From: an uncultured Ruminococcus sp.
GTDB taxonomy: Bacteria > Bacillota > Clostridia > Oscillospirales > Acutalibacteraceae
Assembly (NCBI GenBank): GCA_964433515.1
Contig: CAYSRL010000001.1
Coordinates: forward strand, 1-48,435
Length of the DNA stretch: 48,435 bases
Direction of reading: 5' to 3'
Each line of letters opens with the position of its first letter. Position 1 is the first letter of the stretch. Under the pieces are notes generated by a model, which worked only from the letters and a program-made list of their open reading frames with translations, had not been told where the DNA came from and ran no database searches. Shown here in pieces: positions 34,491-43,517 of this stretch. Made by a program: the position numbers and the translations under genes.

Positions 34491-35696
34491 ATGTTAGTCG
34501 TACAAAAATTCGGAGGTAGTTCGGTGGCGGATGCCCAGCGTGTTATGCGGGTTGCCGGCATCATCACCGACACCTACAAGCAAGGCAACGACGTGGTGGT
34601 GGTGGTGTCCGCCCAGGGCGATACCACCGACGACCTCATCGAAAAAGCCAAGGAACTCAATCCCCGGGCCAGCAAACGGGAAATGGATATGCTGATGTCC
34701 GCCGGCGAGCAGATCTCCATCTCTCTGCTGGCAATGGCCATCGACGCTCTGGGCTATCCCGCCATCTCTCTGCTGGGCTGGCAGGCCGGATTCGAGACCA
34801 ACTCCAAATACAGCGCCGCCCGCATCAAGCGGGTCAACCCGGAGCGTATCCGGGCGGAACTGGATAAAAACCGCATCGTCATTGTGGCCGGCTTCCAAGG
34901 TCTGAACCGCTATGACGACGTTACCACCCTGGGTCGGGGCGGCTCCGACACCAGCGCCGTGGCCATCGCCGCCGCCATGCGGGCGGATCTGTGCCAGATC
35001 TATACCGACGTGGAGGGTGTCTACACCGCCGATCCCCGAAAGATCCCCGGCGCCCGGAAACTGGAAGAGATCACCTATAACGAGATGCTGGAGTTGGCTA
35101 CCTCCGGCGCTCAGGTGCTGAACAACCGGTCGGTGGAAATGGCCAAAAAATACAACGTCGAAATGGAGGTCCTGTCCAGCATCACCCATGCGGCAGGCAC
35201 CAAGGTCAAGGAGGTTACCAAAATGGAAAAAATGCTGATTAAAGGTGTCGCCAAGGACGACAGCGTGGCCCGTGTGGCTCTGGTGGGTGTGCCGGATAAC
35301 CCCGGCATCGCCTTTAAGGTCTTCTCCCGGGTGGCAAAAGCCCACATCTGCGTGGACAACATCCTGCAGTCGGTGGGCCGTGACGGCACCAAGGACATCG
35401 CCTTCACCGTTCCCGCCGCCGATGCGGACGGTGCCGTGGATGCTCTGCGGGAATACTGCGAGATGGTGGGCGCCCAGAACCTGCTGGTGGAGAAGGACGT
35501 GGCGAAGATCTCCATCGTGGGCGCCGGTATGGAGACCCACGAGAACGTGGCCGCCGGTATGTTTGAGGCGCTGGCGGATGCCGGTATCAACATCCAGATG
35601 ATCTCCTCCAGCGAGATCCGGGTGTCGGTGCTGGTGGATAAGAAGGACGCCGACCGGGCTGTGGAAGCGGTGCACCGTCACTTCTTCGGAGCATAA
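34491..35696 (+). CDS. lysC: Aspartate kinase with C-terminal ACT domains
   Basis: 401 aa from MLVVQKFGGSSV, the canonical start KFGG(T/S)S. AAAGGGG RBS. The track ORF begins 18 codons earlier without an RBS. Confidence 0.92.
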   Translation: MLVVQKFGGSSVADAQRVMRVAGIITDTYKQGNDVVVVVSAQGDTTDDLIEKAKELNPRASKREMDMLMSAGEQISISLLAMAIDALGYPAISLLGWQAGFETNSKYSAARIKRVNPERIRAELDKNRIVIVAGFQGLNRYDDVTTLGRGGSDTSAVAIAAAMRADLCQIYTDVEGVYTADPRKIPGARKLEEITYNEMLELATSGAQVLNNRSVEMAKKYNVEMEVLSSITHAAGTKVKEVTKMEKMLIKGVAKDDSVARVALVGVPDNPGIAFKVFSRVAKAHICVDNILQSVGRDGTKDIAFTVPAADADGAVDALREYCEMVGAQNLLVEKDVAKISIVGAGMETHENVAAGMFEALADAGINIQMISSSEIRVSVLVDKKDADRAVEAVHRHFFGA

Positions 35697-35711
35697 TACA
35701 AGAAAACCGTA

Positions 35712-35744
35712 CAGGCAGAGCCGGTGGGCTCTGCCTGTTTTTTT
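35712..35744 (+). terminator. Rho-independent terminator after hom-lysC
   Basis: CAGGCAGAGCC-ggtg-GGCTCTGCCTG followed by TTTTTTT. Confidence 0.85.
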
Positions 35745-35813
35745 GCATATTTATCAGCATTTTTTCGCATAGTAATGGTGTATTTCTGTTGCTTGTGAAA
35801 AATTGGACGATGG

Positions 35814-35842
35814 TTGACAAAATCATTTATACCATATATTAT
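35814..35842 (+). promoter_or_regulatory. Sigma-A promoter candidate for the rnf operon
   Basis: TTGACA (35814-35819), 17-nt spacer, TATTAT (35837-35842). Confidence 0.55.
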
Positions 35843-35937
35843 ATAAGGTGAAGTATTTTGTCCGGGCAGAGGCTTTTCGGTCGGCAGAAAAGCCGCCAGA
35901 ACCGCCTCTGCTACTAACAAAGAAAGGTGTATGAGCA

Positions 35938-37260
35938 ATGGCATTTTCTCTCCACGGGGTCCATGTACCCCACAGAAAAAGCACCCAAAACAAGCCTCTC
36001 TGCAAAATGGATCTGCCCAAAACCGTTGTGATCCCCATGCGTATGCACATCGGCGAGCCTGCCACCCCCATCGTTAAGGTGGGTGACCTGGTCAAGGTGG
36101 GACAAAAGATCGCCGAGGCGGGAGGGACTATCTCCTCCCCCATCCACGCCAGCGTATCCGGCAAGGTCACCAAGGTGACCGACTTTCTCACCTCCCGTGG
36201 GGAGACCGTCCCGGCGGTGATGATCGAATCCGATGGGGAAATGACGGTGGATGAAAGCGTTGTTCCGCCCACCGTCAACAGCCGTGAGGATCTCATCCAC
36301 GCCATCAAAGAAAGCGGCATCGTGGGTCTGGGCGGCGCCGGATTCCCCACCCATATAAAATTGGATGTGGAGCCGGAGCGTATCGACTGGCTGGTCATCA
36401 ACGGCGCCGAGTGTGAGCCCTACGTCACCAGCGACACCGTGACTATGTTGAACCGTGCCGACGATATGGCTATCGCCCTGCGGGCCCTGTCCCGCTATAT
36501 GGGTATCCGGAATGTGGTCATCGGTATCGAAAGCAATAAAAAACAGGCCATCGCCGTGATGCGGGAGATGGCCGCCCAACTGACCGAGGACTGCACCGTT
36601 GTCATCAAGGTGCTGCCCGCCCAGTATCCTCAGGGCGGCGAAAAAGTGCTGGTCTACGCCACCACCGGGCGGGTGATCCCCGCCGGCAAACTGCCCGTCG
36701 ACGTGGGCTGTGCGGTGCTCAACTGCACCACCCTGGCCGCCATCGGCGCCTATCTGACCACCGGTATGCCGCTGGTGGAGAAGTGCGTGACGGTGGACGG
36801 CGGCTGTGTGGCCAACCCCCAGAACCTGCTGGTGCCCATCGGCACCTCTATGGCGGACGTGTTTGCCGCCTGCGGCGGTCTGGTCAGCGAGCCGGAAAAA
36901 CTCATCTACGGCGGGCCGATGATGGGTATCACCGTGCCGAACGACACCGCCCCCATTCTTAAAAACACCAACGCCGTCCTGGCGCTCACCGGCAAAGAGG
37001 CCTGGCTGCCCAAGACCACTGCCTGTATCCGGTGCGGTGCCTGTACCAACATCTGCCCCTTCGGTCTGGCCCCCGCCGCCATCTCCAACGCCCTGGGCAA
37101 ACGGGACGCCGAGGCGTTGGAGGAACTGGCGGTGAACGCCTGTATGGAGTGCGGTTGTTGCAGTTTCGTCTGCCCCGCCAACCGGCCTCTGGTCCAGAAC
37201 AACAAACTGGGCAAAACATTCCTGCGGGAAGCCAAAGCAAGGGAGGATGCCAAACAATGA
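35938..37260 (+). CDS. rnfC: Rnf electron-transport complex subunit C
   Basis: 440 aa. NADH/FMN-binding segment GLGGAGFPTH. Two 4Fe-4S motifs, CIRCGACTNICP and CMECGCCSFVCP. Confidence 0.93.
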   Translation: MAFSLHGVHVPHRKSTQNKPLCKMDLPKTVVIPMRMHIGEPATPIVKVGDLVKVGQKIAEAGGTISSPIHASVSGKVTKVTDFLTSRGETVPAVMIESDGEMTVDESVVPPTVNSREDLIHAIKESGIVGLGGAGFPTHIKLDVEPERIDWLVINGAECEPYVTSDTVTMLNRADDMAIALRALSRYMGIRNVVIGIESNKKQAIAVMREMAAQLTEDCTVVIKVLPAQYPQGGEKVLVYATTGRVIPAGKLPVDVGCAVLNCTTLAAIGAYLTTGMPLVEKCVTVDGGCVANPQNLLVPIGTSMADVFAACGGLVSEPEKLIYGGPMMGITVPNDTAPILKNTNAVLALTGKEAWLPKTTACIRCGACTNICPFGLAPAAISNALGKRDAEALEELAVNACMECGCCSFVCPANRPLVQNNKLGKTFLREAKAREDAKQ

Positions 37261-38183
37261 GCGTGAATCAAAAATTGACCGTTTCCCCGCATATCCACAG
37301 CGGTCACTCCACCTCCCGCATTATGCTGGACGTGCTGATCGCCCTGCTCCCCGCCACGGTAGCGGGCGTGGTCATCTTCGGTCTGCGCAGCCTGCTGGTG
37401 GTGGGTATCTGCGTAGCCTCCTGTGTGGGGTTGGAGGCGCTGTTTAACTACATTACCAAAAAGGACCAGACGGTAGGCGACCTGTCCGCCGCCGTCACCG
37501 GTCTGCTGTTGGGTCTGAATCTGCCCGCCAACATCCCGCTGTGGCAGTGTGTCATCGGCTCGGTGTTCGCCATCGTGGTGGTCAAGTGCCTGTTTGGCGG
37601 TATCGGCCAGAACGTGGTCAACCCCGCCATCACCGCCCGGGTGTTTATGCTGGTGGCCTTTGGCTCTATGGCCCAGGCGGCCCACCCCGTCATCACCCCC
37701 GACACCGTGGCGGGCGCCACCCCTCTGGCCGCCGAGCAAATGCCCTCTCTTCTGGATCTGTTTCTGGGTCTGCACGGCGGCGCCATCGGCGAGACCTGCG
37801 CCGCCGCCCTGCTGTTGGGCGGTGTGTATCTGCTGATCCGCCGGGTCATCTCCTGGCACATCCCGGTGGTCTACATCGGCACCGTGTTTGCCTTCTCCTT
37901 CCTGATGGAGGGCTTTGACCCCACCCGGGCGCTGGCGCTGAGCCTGTCCGGCGGTCTGTTTATCGGCGCTTTCTTTATGGCCACCGATTACGTCACCTCT
38001 CCCCCCACCCCTTGGGGCAAGGTCATCTACGCTCTGGGTTGTGGTCTGCTGACCGGTCTTATCCGGTATTTTGGCTCCTATCCGGAGGGCGTATCCTTTG
38101 CCATTCTGTTTATGAACATTCTGACCCCCTATATCAGCAAATGGACCCAGCATAAGGTCTTCGGAGCGGGAGGTGCGAAATGA
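37257..38183 (+). CDS. rnfD: Rnf complex subunit D
   Basis: 308 aa from MSVNQKLTVSPHIHSG. ATGA overlap with rnfC. The flavinylation context VAGATPLA is present. The track ORF includes an upstream in-frame extension inside rnfC. Confidence 0.92.
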   Translation: MSVNQKLTVSPHIHSGHSTSRIMLDVLIALLPATVAGVVIFGLRSLLVVGICVASCVGLEALFNYITKKDQTVGDLSAAVTGLLLGLNLPANIPLWQCVIGSVFAIVVVKCLFGGIGQNVVNPAITARVFMLVAFGSMAQAAHPVITPDTVAGATPLAAEQMPSLLDLFLGLHGGAIGETCAAALLLGGVYLLIRRVISWHIPVVYIGTVFAFSFLMEGFDPTRALALSLSGGLFIGAFFMATDYVTSPPTPWGKVIYALGCGLLTGLIRYFGSYPEGVSFAILFMNILTPYISKWTQHKVFGAGGAK

Positions 38184-39337
38184 TGGTCAAGAACATCAAA
38201 AGCGTAGCGGTGCTGGTGGCTATCTGCGGTGTGATCGCCCTGTTGCTGGCGGGCACCAACGCCATCACCGCCCCCATCATTGAGAAAAATGCCGCCGCCG
38301 CCGCCAACGAGGCACTGCTGGTGGTGATGCCGGAGGGCACCGGGTTTGAGGCGGTGGATCTGGCCGCCTATGAACTGCCCGCCACCGTCACCGAAGCCTA
38401 TAAGGAGACTGCCGGTGCCGGTTACGTGGTCAAACTGGTGACCAAAGGCTATGGTTCCGATTTCGTGATCATGTGCGGCGTGGACGCCGAAGGCACCGTC
38501 ACCGGCGCCGTCTGCCTGTCCTCCACCGAAACCCTGGGCAAGGAAAAAGAGTACGGTCAGAACTTCACCGGCAAAAATGCCGAAGGGGTGGAGGCCACCG
38601 ACACCATTGCCGGAGCCACCCTGACCTCCCAAGCCTATAAAAACGCCGTTAAGGATGCCCTGAACGCCGCCATCATCCTGGGCGGCGGCAGTGTAGACAT
38701 CCGCACCGAGGATCAAATTTTTGCGGACAATCTGGCCGCCGCTCTGCCGGAGGGCGATGCCTTTGTCAAATGGTTCGCCACCGAGCAACTGACCGGTGTG
38801 GACGCCATCTATGTGGCGGATAACGGCGCCGGCTATGTCTGTGTCATCGGCGAGGAATTTGTGGGCGTGGATGCCGCCGGCAGATCCGACAGCACGGCCG
38901 CCGCCGATGCCGTCAACGCTCTGCAGAATTCCACTCTGGAGCAAATGGATATTGCCGACAGCGGTATCCACCAGAACATCACCAAGGCGGAAAAGACCGC
39001 TTCCGGCAACTATGTGTTTGAGATCAACGCCGCCGGCTATGGCATCAAGGGTGGCAGCCAATACCACCCCGCCTCCGGCGAATATATCCGTATCCGGGTG
39101 TCTATGACCCCCGCCGGAAAGATCATCGACTGTCTGACCCTCTCCGAGGAGGAGACCGACAACCTGGGCTCTGCCTGTGGCGAAGAGAGTTTCTACGGAC
39201 AGTTTGCCGGCAAGACCGCCGACACCCTCTCTGAGGTGGACGCCATCTCCGGCGCCACCATCACCACCAACGGCTATCTGGAGGCTATCCAGCGCTGCTT
39301 TGAGGCGGTCACCATTCTGGAAGGAGGTGCCCAGTAA
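38180..39337 (+). CDS. rnfG: Rnf complex subunit G with two tandem FMN-binding domains
   Basis: 385 aa, versus about 180-210 aa as I recall for typical RnfG. N-terminal TM segment. FMN_bind-like domain 1 ends at DTIAGATLTS (Thr147, nt 38618-38620). Domain 2 ends at VDAISGATITT (Thr360, nt 39257-39259). Confidence 0.85.
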   Translation: MMVKNIKSVAVLVAICGVIALLLAGTNAITAPIIEKNAAAAANEALLVVMPEGTGFEAVDLAAYELPATVTEAYKETAGAGYVVKLVTKGYGSDFVIMCGVDAEGTVTGAVCLSSTETLGKEKEYGQNFTGKNAEGVEATDTIAGATLTSQAYKNAVKDALNAAIILGGGSVDIRTEDQIFADNLAAALPEGDAFVKWFATEQLTGVDAIYVADNGAGYVCVIGEEFVGVDAAGRSDSTAAADAVNALQNSTLEQMDIADSGIHQNITKAEKTASGNYVFEINAAGYGIKGGSQYHPASGEYIRIRVSMTPAGKIIDCLTLSEEETDNLGSACGEESFYGQFAGKTADTLSEVDAISGATITTNGYLEAIQRCFEAVTILEGGAQ

Positions 39338-40026
39338 TGAATAAAGACAGCAATCTGGCTACCCTGTGGAAGGGTATTCTGAAGGAAAACCCGGTGCTGG
39401 TGCTCATTCTCGGCACCTGCCCCACCCTGGCCACCACCAACACGGTGGACGGTGCCTTTGGTATGGGTCTGGCCGCCCTGGCGGTGCTGGTCTGTTCCAA
39501 CGTGTTTATTTCTCTGTTGCGAAAAGTGATCCCGGATACCATGCGTATCCCCTGCTATATCGTCATCATCGCCGGTTTTGTCACCATCGTGAAGATGATC
39601 GTTCAGGCCTATCTGCCCTCTTTGTATGAGACCCTGGGCGTGTATCTGGATCTGATCACGGTCAACTGCATCATCCTGGGCCGGGCAGAAATGTTCGCCA
39701 GCAAAAACCCGGTGGTGAAGTCCGCTCTGGACGGCATCGGTATGGGCATTGGCTTCACCCTGGCGCTCACCGCCATGGCCACCATCCGGGAGGTGTTCGG
39801 TTCCGCCTCCTTTGCCGGTATCGCCATCCCCTTCCTGGCGGATTACAAGATCGAGTTTTTGACCAAGGCGCCCGGCGGTCTGCTGGTGTACGGTCTGCTG
39901 ATTGCGCTGGTGTATGTCATCACCAACGGCAAATACCCCAAGAAGAAATCCTTCTCCTGCGCCGGTTGCCCCAATGCAGGCTCCTGCCACACCGGCTCCT
40001 GCCAAGAGAAAGGAGTTGAGGAATAA
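39337..40026 (+). CDS. rnfE: Rnf complex subunit E, with a Cys-rich C-terminal tail
   Basis: 229 aa. An RnfE/NqrD-like polytopic core is followed by the tail KKKSFSCAGCPNAGSCHTGSCQEKGVEE. Confidence 0.9.
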   Translation: MNKDSNLATLWKGILKENPVLVLILGTCPTLATTNTVDGAFGMGLAALAVLVCSNVFISLLRKVIPDTMRIPCYIVIIAGFVTIVKMIVQAYLPSLYETLGVYLDLITVNCIILGRAEMFASKNPVVKSALDGIGMGIGFTLALTAMATIREVFGSASFAGIAIPFLADYKIEFLTKAPGGLLVYGLLIALVYVITNGKYPKKKSFSCAGCPNAGSCHTGSCQEKGVEE

Positions 40027-40622
40027 TGGATATGAAAAACCTTGCCATCATCCTGTTTGGCTCCATCCTCACCAACAACTACGTGCTCAGCCGGTTTTTG
40101 GGCATCTGCCCCTTCCTGGGCGTGTCCAAGAAACTGGATCAGGCCACCGGTATGGGCATCGCCGTTACGGCGGTGATGCTGTTGGCCACCGCCGTCACCT
40201 GGCCCATCCAGTATTTCGTGCTCAACACCCTGAACTTGGGGTATATGCAGAACATCGTCTTTATTCTGGTTATCGCCGCCCTGGTGCAGATGCTGGAGTT
40301 GCTGCTCAAAAAGTTCTCCCCCGCCCTGCACAAAGGTTTGGGCGTGTATCTGCCCCTCATCACCACCAACTGTGCGGTGCTGGGTGTCACCATCAACAAC
40401 ATCAACGACGAATACACCTTCCTGGAGTCGATGGTCAGTTCGCTGGGCTGCGGTCTGGGCTTTTTGCTGGCTATGGTGCTGTTCTCCGGTCTGCGCTCCC
40501 GCATCAACGAGGACAACATCCCCGCTCCTTTCCGTGGTCTGCCGGTCACCCTCATCGCCGCCGCCTTTATTTCCCTGGCCTTTATGGGCTTTGGCGGCAT
40601 CGTTGAGAGCATTTTCGCTTAA
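40026..40622 (+). CDS. rnfA: Rnf complex subunit A
   Basis: 198 aa. RnfA/NqrE family (NNYVLSRFLGICPFLGVS). Confidence 0.92.
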   Translation: MDMKNLAIILFGSILTNNYVLSRFLGICPFLGVSKKLDQATGMGIAVTAVMLLATAVTWPIQYFVLNTLNLGYMQNIVFILVIAALVQMLELLLKKFSPALHKGLGVYLPLITTNCAVLGVTINNINDEYTFLESMVSSLGCGLGFLLAMVLFSGLRSRINEDNIPAPFRGLPVTLIAAAFISLAFMGFGGIVESIFA

Positions 40623-40640
40623 AAAGGAGGTAACATAAAA

Positions 40641-41477
40641 ATGGATATTTTGGTTGCTTTCTTAGTGGTTTCGGCGGTGGCGCTGGTCTTGGGTATCGCT
40701 TTGGCGGTGCTCTCCCATTTCTTCGCCGTGCCGGAAGACCCCACCTATACGAAAGTCCGTGCCTGCCTGCCGGGTATCAACTGCGGCGCCTGCGGATACA
40801 AGGGCTGTGACGACTATGCCGCCGCCCTGGCCGAGGGTGGGGTCAGCCCCAGCCTCTGCGTCCCCGGCGCTCAGGACGTGGCCGACCAGATCGGCGCCAT
40901 CCTCGGCGTGGAGGCGGAGCCCTTTGAGGACGTGGTGGCTTTTGTGGCCTGCAACGGCAACTGCGACGCCACCGGTAACAAGGCCTCTTATGACGGTGTG
41001 CCCACCTGCGCCGCCGCCTCGATGCTGTATGGCGGTCCCGGTGAGTGTTCTTACGGCTGTCTGGGTCTGGGGGACTGCGCCAAGGCCTGTCCCGCCGACG
41101 CCATCTGCACCATCGACGGCATCGCCCACGTGGACACCAGCCGGTGTCTGGGCTGCGGCGTTTGCGCCGGTGTCTGCCCCAAGGGCATCATCCATATGCT
41201 GCCCCAGTCGGCAATGGTGGCGGTGATGTGCAGCAGCAAAGCCAAGGGCGCCGACGCCCGCAAGGCCTGCAAAAACGCCTGTATCGCCTGTAAAAAGTGC
41301 GAAAAGACCTGCCCCAACGATGCCATCACGGTGGTGGATAACCTGGCGGTCATCGACTATGACAAGTGCATCCGTTGCGGTGCCTGTGCCGAGGTGTGCC
41401 CCACCGGCTGTCTGAAAAAAGTGTTCTTCCCCGATCGGCCGGAAGGCGTGAAGGCGGAAGACCTGCTGAACGATTAA
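40641..41477 (+). CDS. rnfB: Rnf complex subunit B (polyferredoxin)
   Basis: 278 aa. N-terminal TM segment, a CxxC..C cluster, then several 4Fe-4S motifs: CLGCGVCAGVCP, CIACKKCEKTCP and CIRCGACAEVCP. Confidence 0.92.
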   Translation: MDILVAFLVVSAVALVLGIALAVLSHFFAVPEDPTYTKVRACLPGINCGACGYKGCDDYAAALAEGGVSPSLCVPGAQDVADQIGAILGVEAEPFEDVVAFVACNGNCDATGNKASYDGVPTCAAASMLYGGPGECSYGCLGLGDCAKACPADAICTIDGIAHVDTSRCLGCGVCAGVCPKGIIHMLPQSAMVAVMCSSKAKGADARKACKNACIACKKCEKTCPNDAITVVDNLAVIDYDKCIRCGACAEVCPTGCLKKVFFPDRPEGVKAEDLLND

Positions 41478-41873
41478 ATGAAAACAAAAAACCGTACCGC
41501 AAAACAAAAAATACGCAACGACATCCTGTTTATCGCCGCCCTGCTGTTGGTGGTGACGGTGGCGGGAGCGTGTCTGTGGCTGTTCCGGGGTGAGGGTGAC
41601 ACCGTCACCGTCACGGTGGACGGCGAGGTGTATGGGGTGTACGCTCTATCCGAGGATCGGGTGGAGGACATCCGCACCGGAGAGACCGGCCTCAACCGGC
41701 TGGTTATCCAAAACGGCGAAGCAAGCATCGAAACCGCCACCTGCCCCGACGGCATCTGCGCCGGGCACCGGCCCATCAGCCGGGAGGGAGAGAGCATCGT
41801 CTGTCTGCCCCATCGGGTGGTGGTGACCGTCACCGCCGCCCACACCGCCGACCAACCGGACATTGTGGTATAA
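41478..41873 (+). CDS. NusG domain II-containing membrane-anchored protein (DUF1312)
   Basis: 131 aa. TM anchor followed by a beta-rich domain with CPDGICAGHRPIS...IVCLPHRVVV, typical of NusG_II proteins. Starts 1 nt after the rnfB stop codon. Confidence 0.7.
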   Translation: MKTKNRTAKQKIRNDILFIAALLLVVTVAGACLWLFRGEGDTVTVTVDGEVYGVYALSEDRVEDIRTGETGLNRLVIQNGEASIETATCPDGICAGHRPISREGESIVCLPHRVVVTVTAAHTADQPDIVV

Positions 41874-41885
41874 GGAGGTCTTAGC

Positions 41886-42386
41886 GTGAAAACCAATGCA
41901 AAAAAGACCGCCTTTCTGGGCTTGTGCGTGGCGGTGGCGCTGATACTCGCCTATGTGGAGGCGCTGTTGCCCCCGCTGGTTTCTGCCGTTCCCGGCATCA
42001 AAATGGGACTGCCGAACCTGGTCATCATCTTCCTGCTGTACCGGCGGGGTGTCTGGCCGGCGGCGGCTGTGTCCCTCTGCCGGATCGTGCTGGTGACGCT
42101 GTTGTTCGGCAACACCATGGCGTTGCTGTACAGCCTGGCCGGCGGTGTGCTGAGCCTCACCGCTATGGCGGTGCTGAAACGGCTGGATTTCTTGTCCATA
42201 ACCGGGGTCAGCGTGGCCGGCGGTGTGCTCCACAACGTGGGGCAGATCCTGATGGCAATGCTGGTGCTGGGCACCGCTGAGTTGGGGTATTACCTCATTG
42301 TGCTGGCGGTGACCGGCACGGTGGCGGGGCTCTGTATCGGTCTGGGCGGTGCCCTGCTGATCCGGCGGATCCCCACCCGACTGTGA
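41886..42386 (+). CDS. Gx transporter family protein (Hpre_diP_synt_I / ECF-S-component-like)
   Basis: 166 aa with 5-6 TM segments. GTG start preceded by TAAGGAGG. The sequence (ALILAYVEALLPP..PGIKMGLPNLVII) resembles the Gx transporter/heptaprenyl-diphosphate-synthase-component-I family. Confidence 0.65.
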   Translation: MKTNAKKTAFLGLCVAVALILAYVEALLPPLVSAVPGIKMGLPNLVIIFLLYRRGVWPAAAVSLCRIVLVTLLFGNTMALLYSLAGGVLSLTAMAVLKRLDFLSITGVSVAGGVLHNVGQILMAMLVLGTAELGYYLIVLAVTGTVAGLCIGLGGALLIRRIPTRL

Positions 42387-42476
42387 AAGTGTTGACAAGC
42401 CCTTTGCTGTATGCTACAATGAAAATAGCGTAGACCCTGTATGCTATTCAAAAAATATTTGTCGAGGAGAATGACT

Positions 42477-43454
42477 ATGAAAAAGATTGTTTCCCTGTGC
42501 CTGTGTGCGGCCCTGCTGGTGTCCGCCTGTGCTCTGACCGGCTGTACTGCCGAGGCAAAGACCCTGAAATTCGGCTCGGCGGTGTATGTCTCCGACCCCA
42601 CCGCCACCGACGCCGACGGCGATGCGAACGGTACCGCCGAGGTGGACGTGACCGTGGCCGCCGTGTCTGTGGACGCCGACGGCAAGATCGTCGCCTGCGC
42701 TCTGGATACGATGCAGAGCAGCCTGTCCTATACCTCCGACGGTAAGGCTGTGGGCAACCCCGAAGCTCAGACCAAGTATGAGCAGGGTGCCGACTATGGT
42801 ATGGTCGCCTATGGCGGCGCCACCAAGGAGTGGTATGAGCAGGCCGACGCCTTTGAGGGCGTGGTTGCCGGCAAGACCCTGGACGAGGTCAAGGCTCTGA
42901 TCGTAGAAGGCTATGGCACCGAAGAGGTGCAGACCGCCGGTTGCACCATCGCCATCAGCGAGTTTGTGGGCGCCGTCGAGAAGGCCTATAATGCCGCCGC
43001 CGACTCCAACGTGACCGCCGACCACACCCTGAAGGTCACCGCCTATACCGTCCAGACCATTGAGGATGCCACCGCCGATGCGGACGGCACCAACGAGGTG
43101 GAGGTCTATGTGTATGCCGCCGCCCTGGACGCTGACAGCAAGGTCGTCGCCGGTAACAGCGACTGCGTGCCGGTTTCCTTCACCTTTGACATCACCGGTA
43201 AGTCCACCTTTGACACCACCCAGGAGATCCTGTCCAAGAAGGAGCAAGGCTCCAACTACGGTATGGTCGCCTATGGCGGCGCCGCCAAGGAGTGGTACGA
43301 GCAGGCCGCCGCTTTTGATGCCCAGTGCATCGGCAAGACCGGCGACGAGATCGCCGGCCTGATGAGCGTCGACGGCAAGGGCGTGGAAGAAGTTCAGACC
43401 GCCGGCTGCACCATCTATGTGTCCGGTTTTGTGGCTGCCGCTTCCAAAATCTAA
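42477..43454 (+). CDS. Lipoprotein made of two tandem ~150-aa repeats, each ending in an FMN_bind-like EEVQTAGCTI motif
   Basis: 325 aa from MKKIVSLCLCAALLVSACALTGC (lipobox). GAGGAG RBS. The track ORF starts 12 codons earlier. Repeat 1 spans roughly aa 28-175 and repeat 2 roughly aa 183-325. Confidence 0.8.
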   Translation: MKKIVSLCLCAALLVSACALTGCTAEAKTLKFGSAVYVSDPTATDADGDANGTAEVDVTVAAVSVDADGKIVACALDTMQSSLSYTSDGKAVGNPEAQTKYEQGADYGMVAYGGATKEWYEQADAFEGVVAGKTLDEVKALIVEGYGTEEVQTAGCTIAISEFVGAVEKAYNAAADSNVTADHTLKVTAYTVQTIEDATADADGTNEVEVYVYAAALDADSKVVAGNSDCVPVSFTFDITGKSTFDTTQEILSKKEQGSNYGMVAYGGAAKEWYEQAAAFDAQCIGKTGDEIAGLMSVDGKGVEEVQTAGCTIYVSGFVAAASKI

Positions 43455-43471
43455 ACCAAACCAACCATAAA

Positions 43472-43501
43472 AAGCGGGAGGGTCCACCTCCCGCTTTTTT
43501 G
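43472..43501 (+). terminator. Rho-independent terminator (possibly partial) between the lipoprotein gene and apbE
   Basis: GCGGGAGG-tcca-CCTCCCGC followed by TTTTTT. Confidence 0.7.
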
Positions 43502-43517
43502 CTCTGTGGGTATATCT

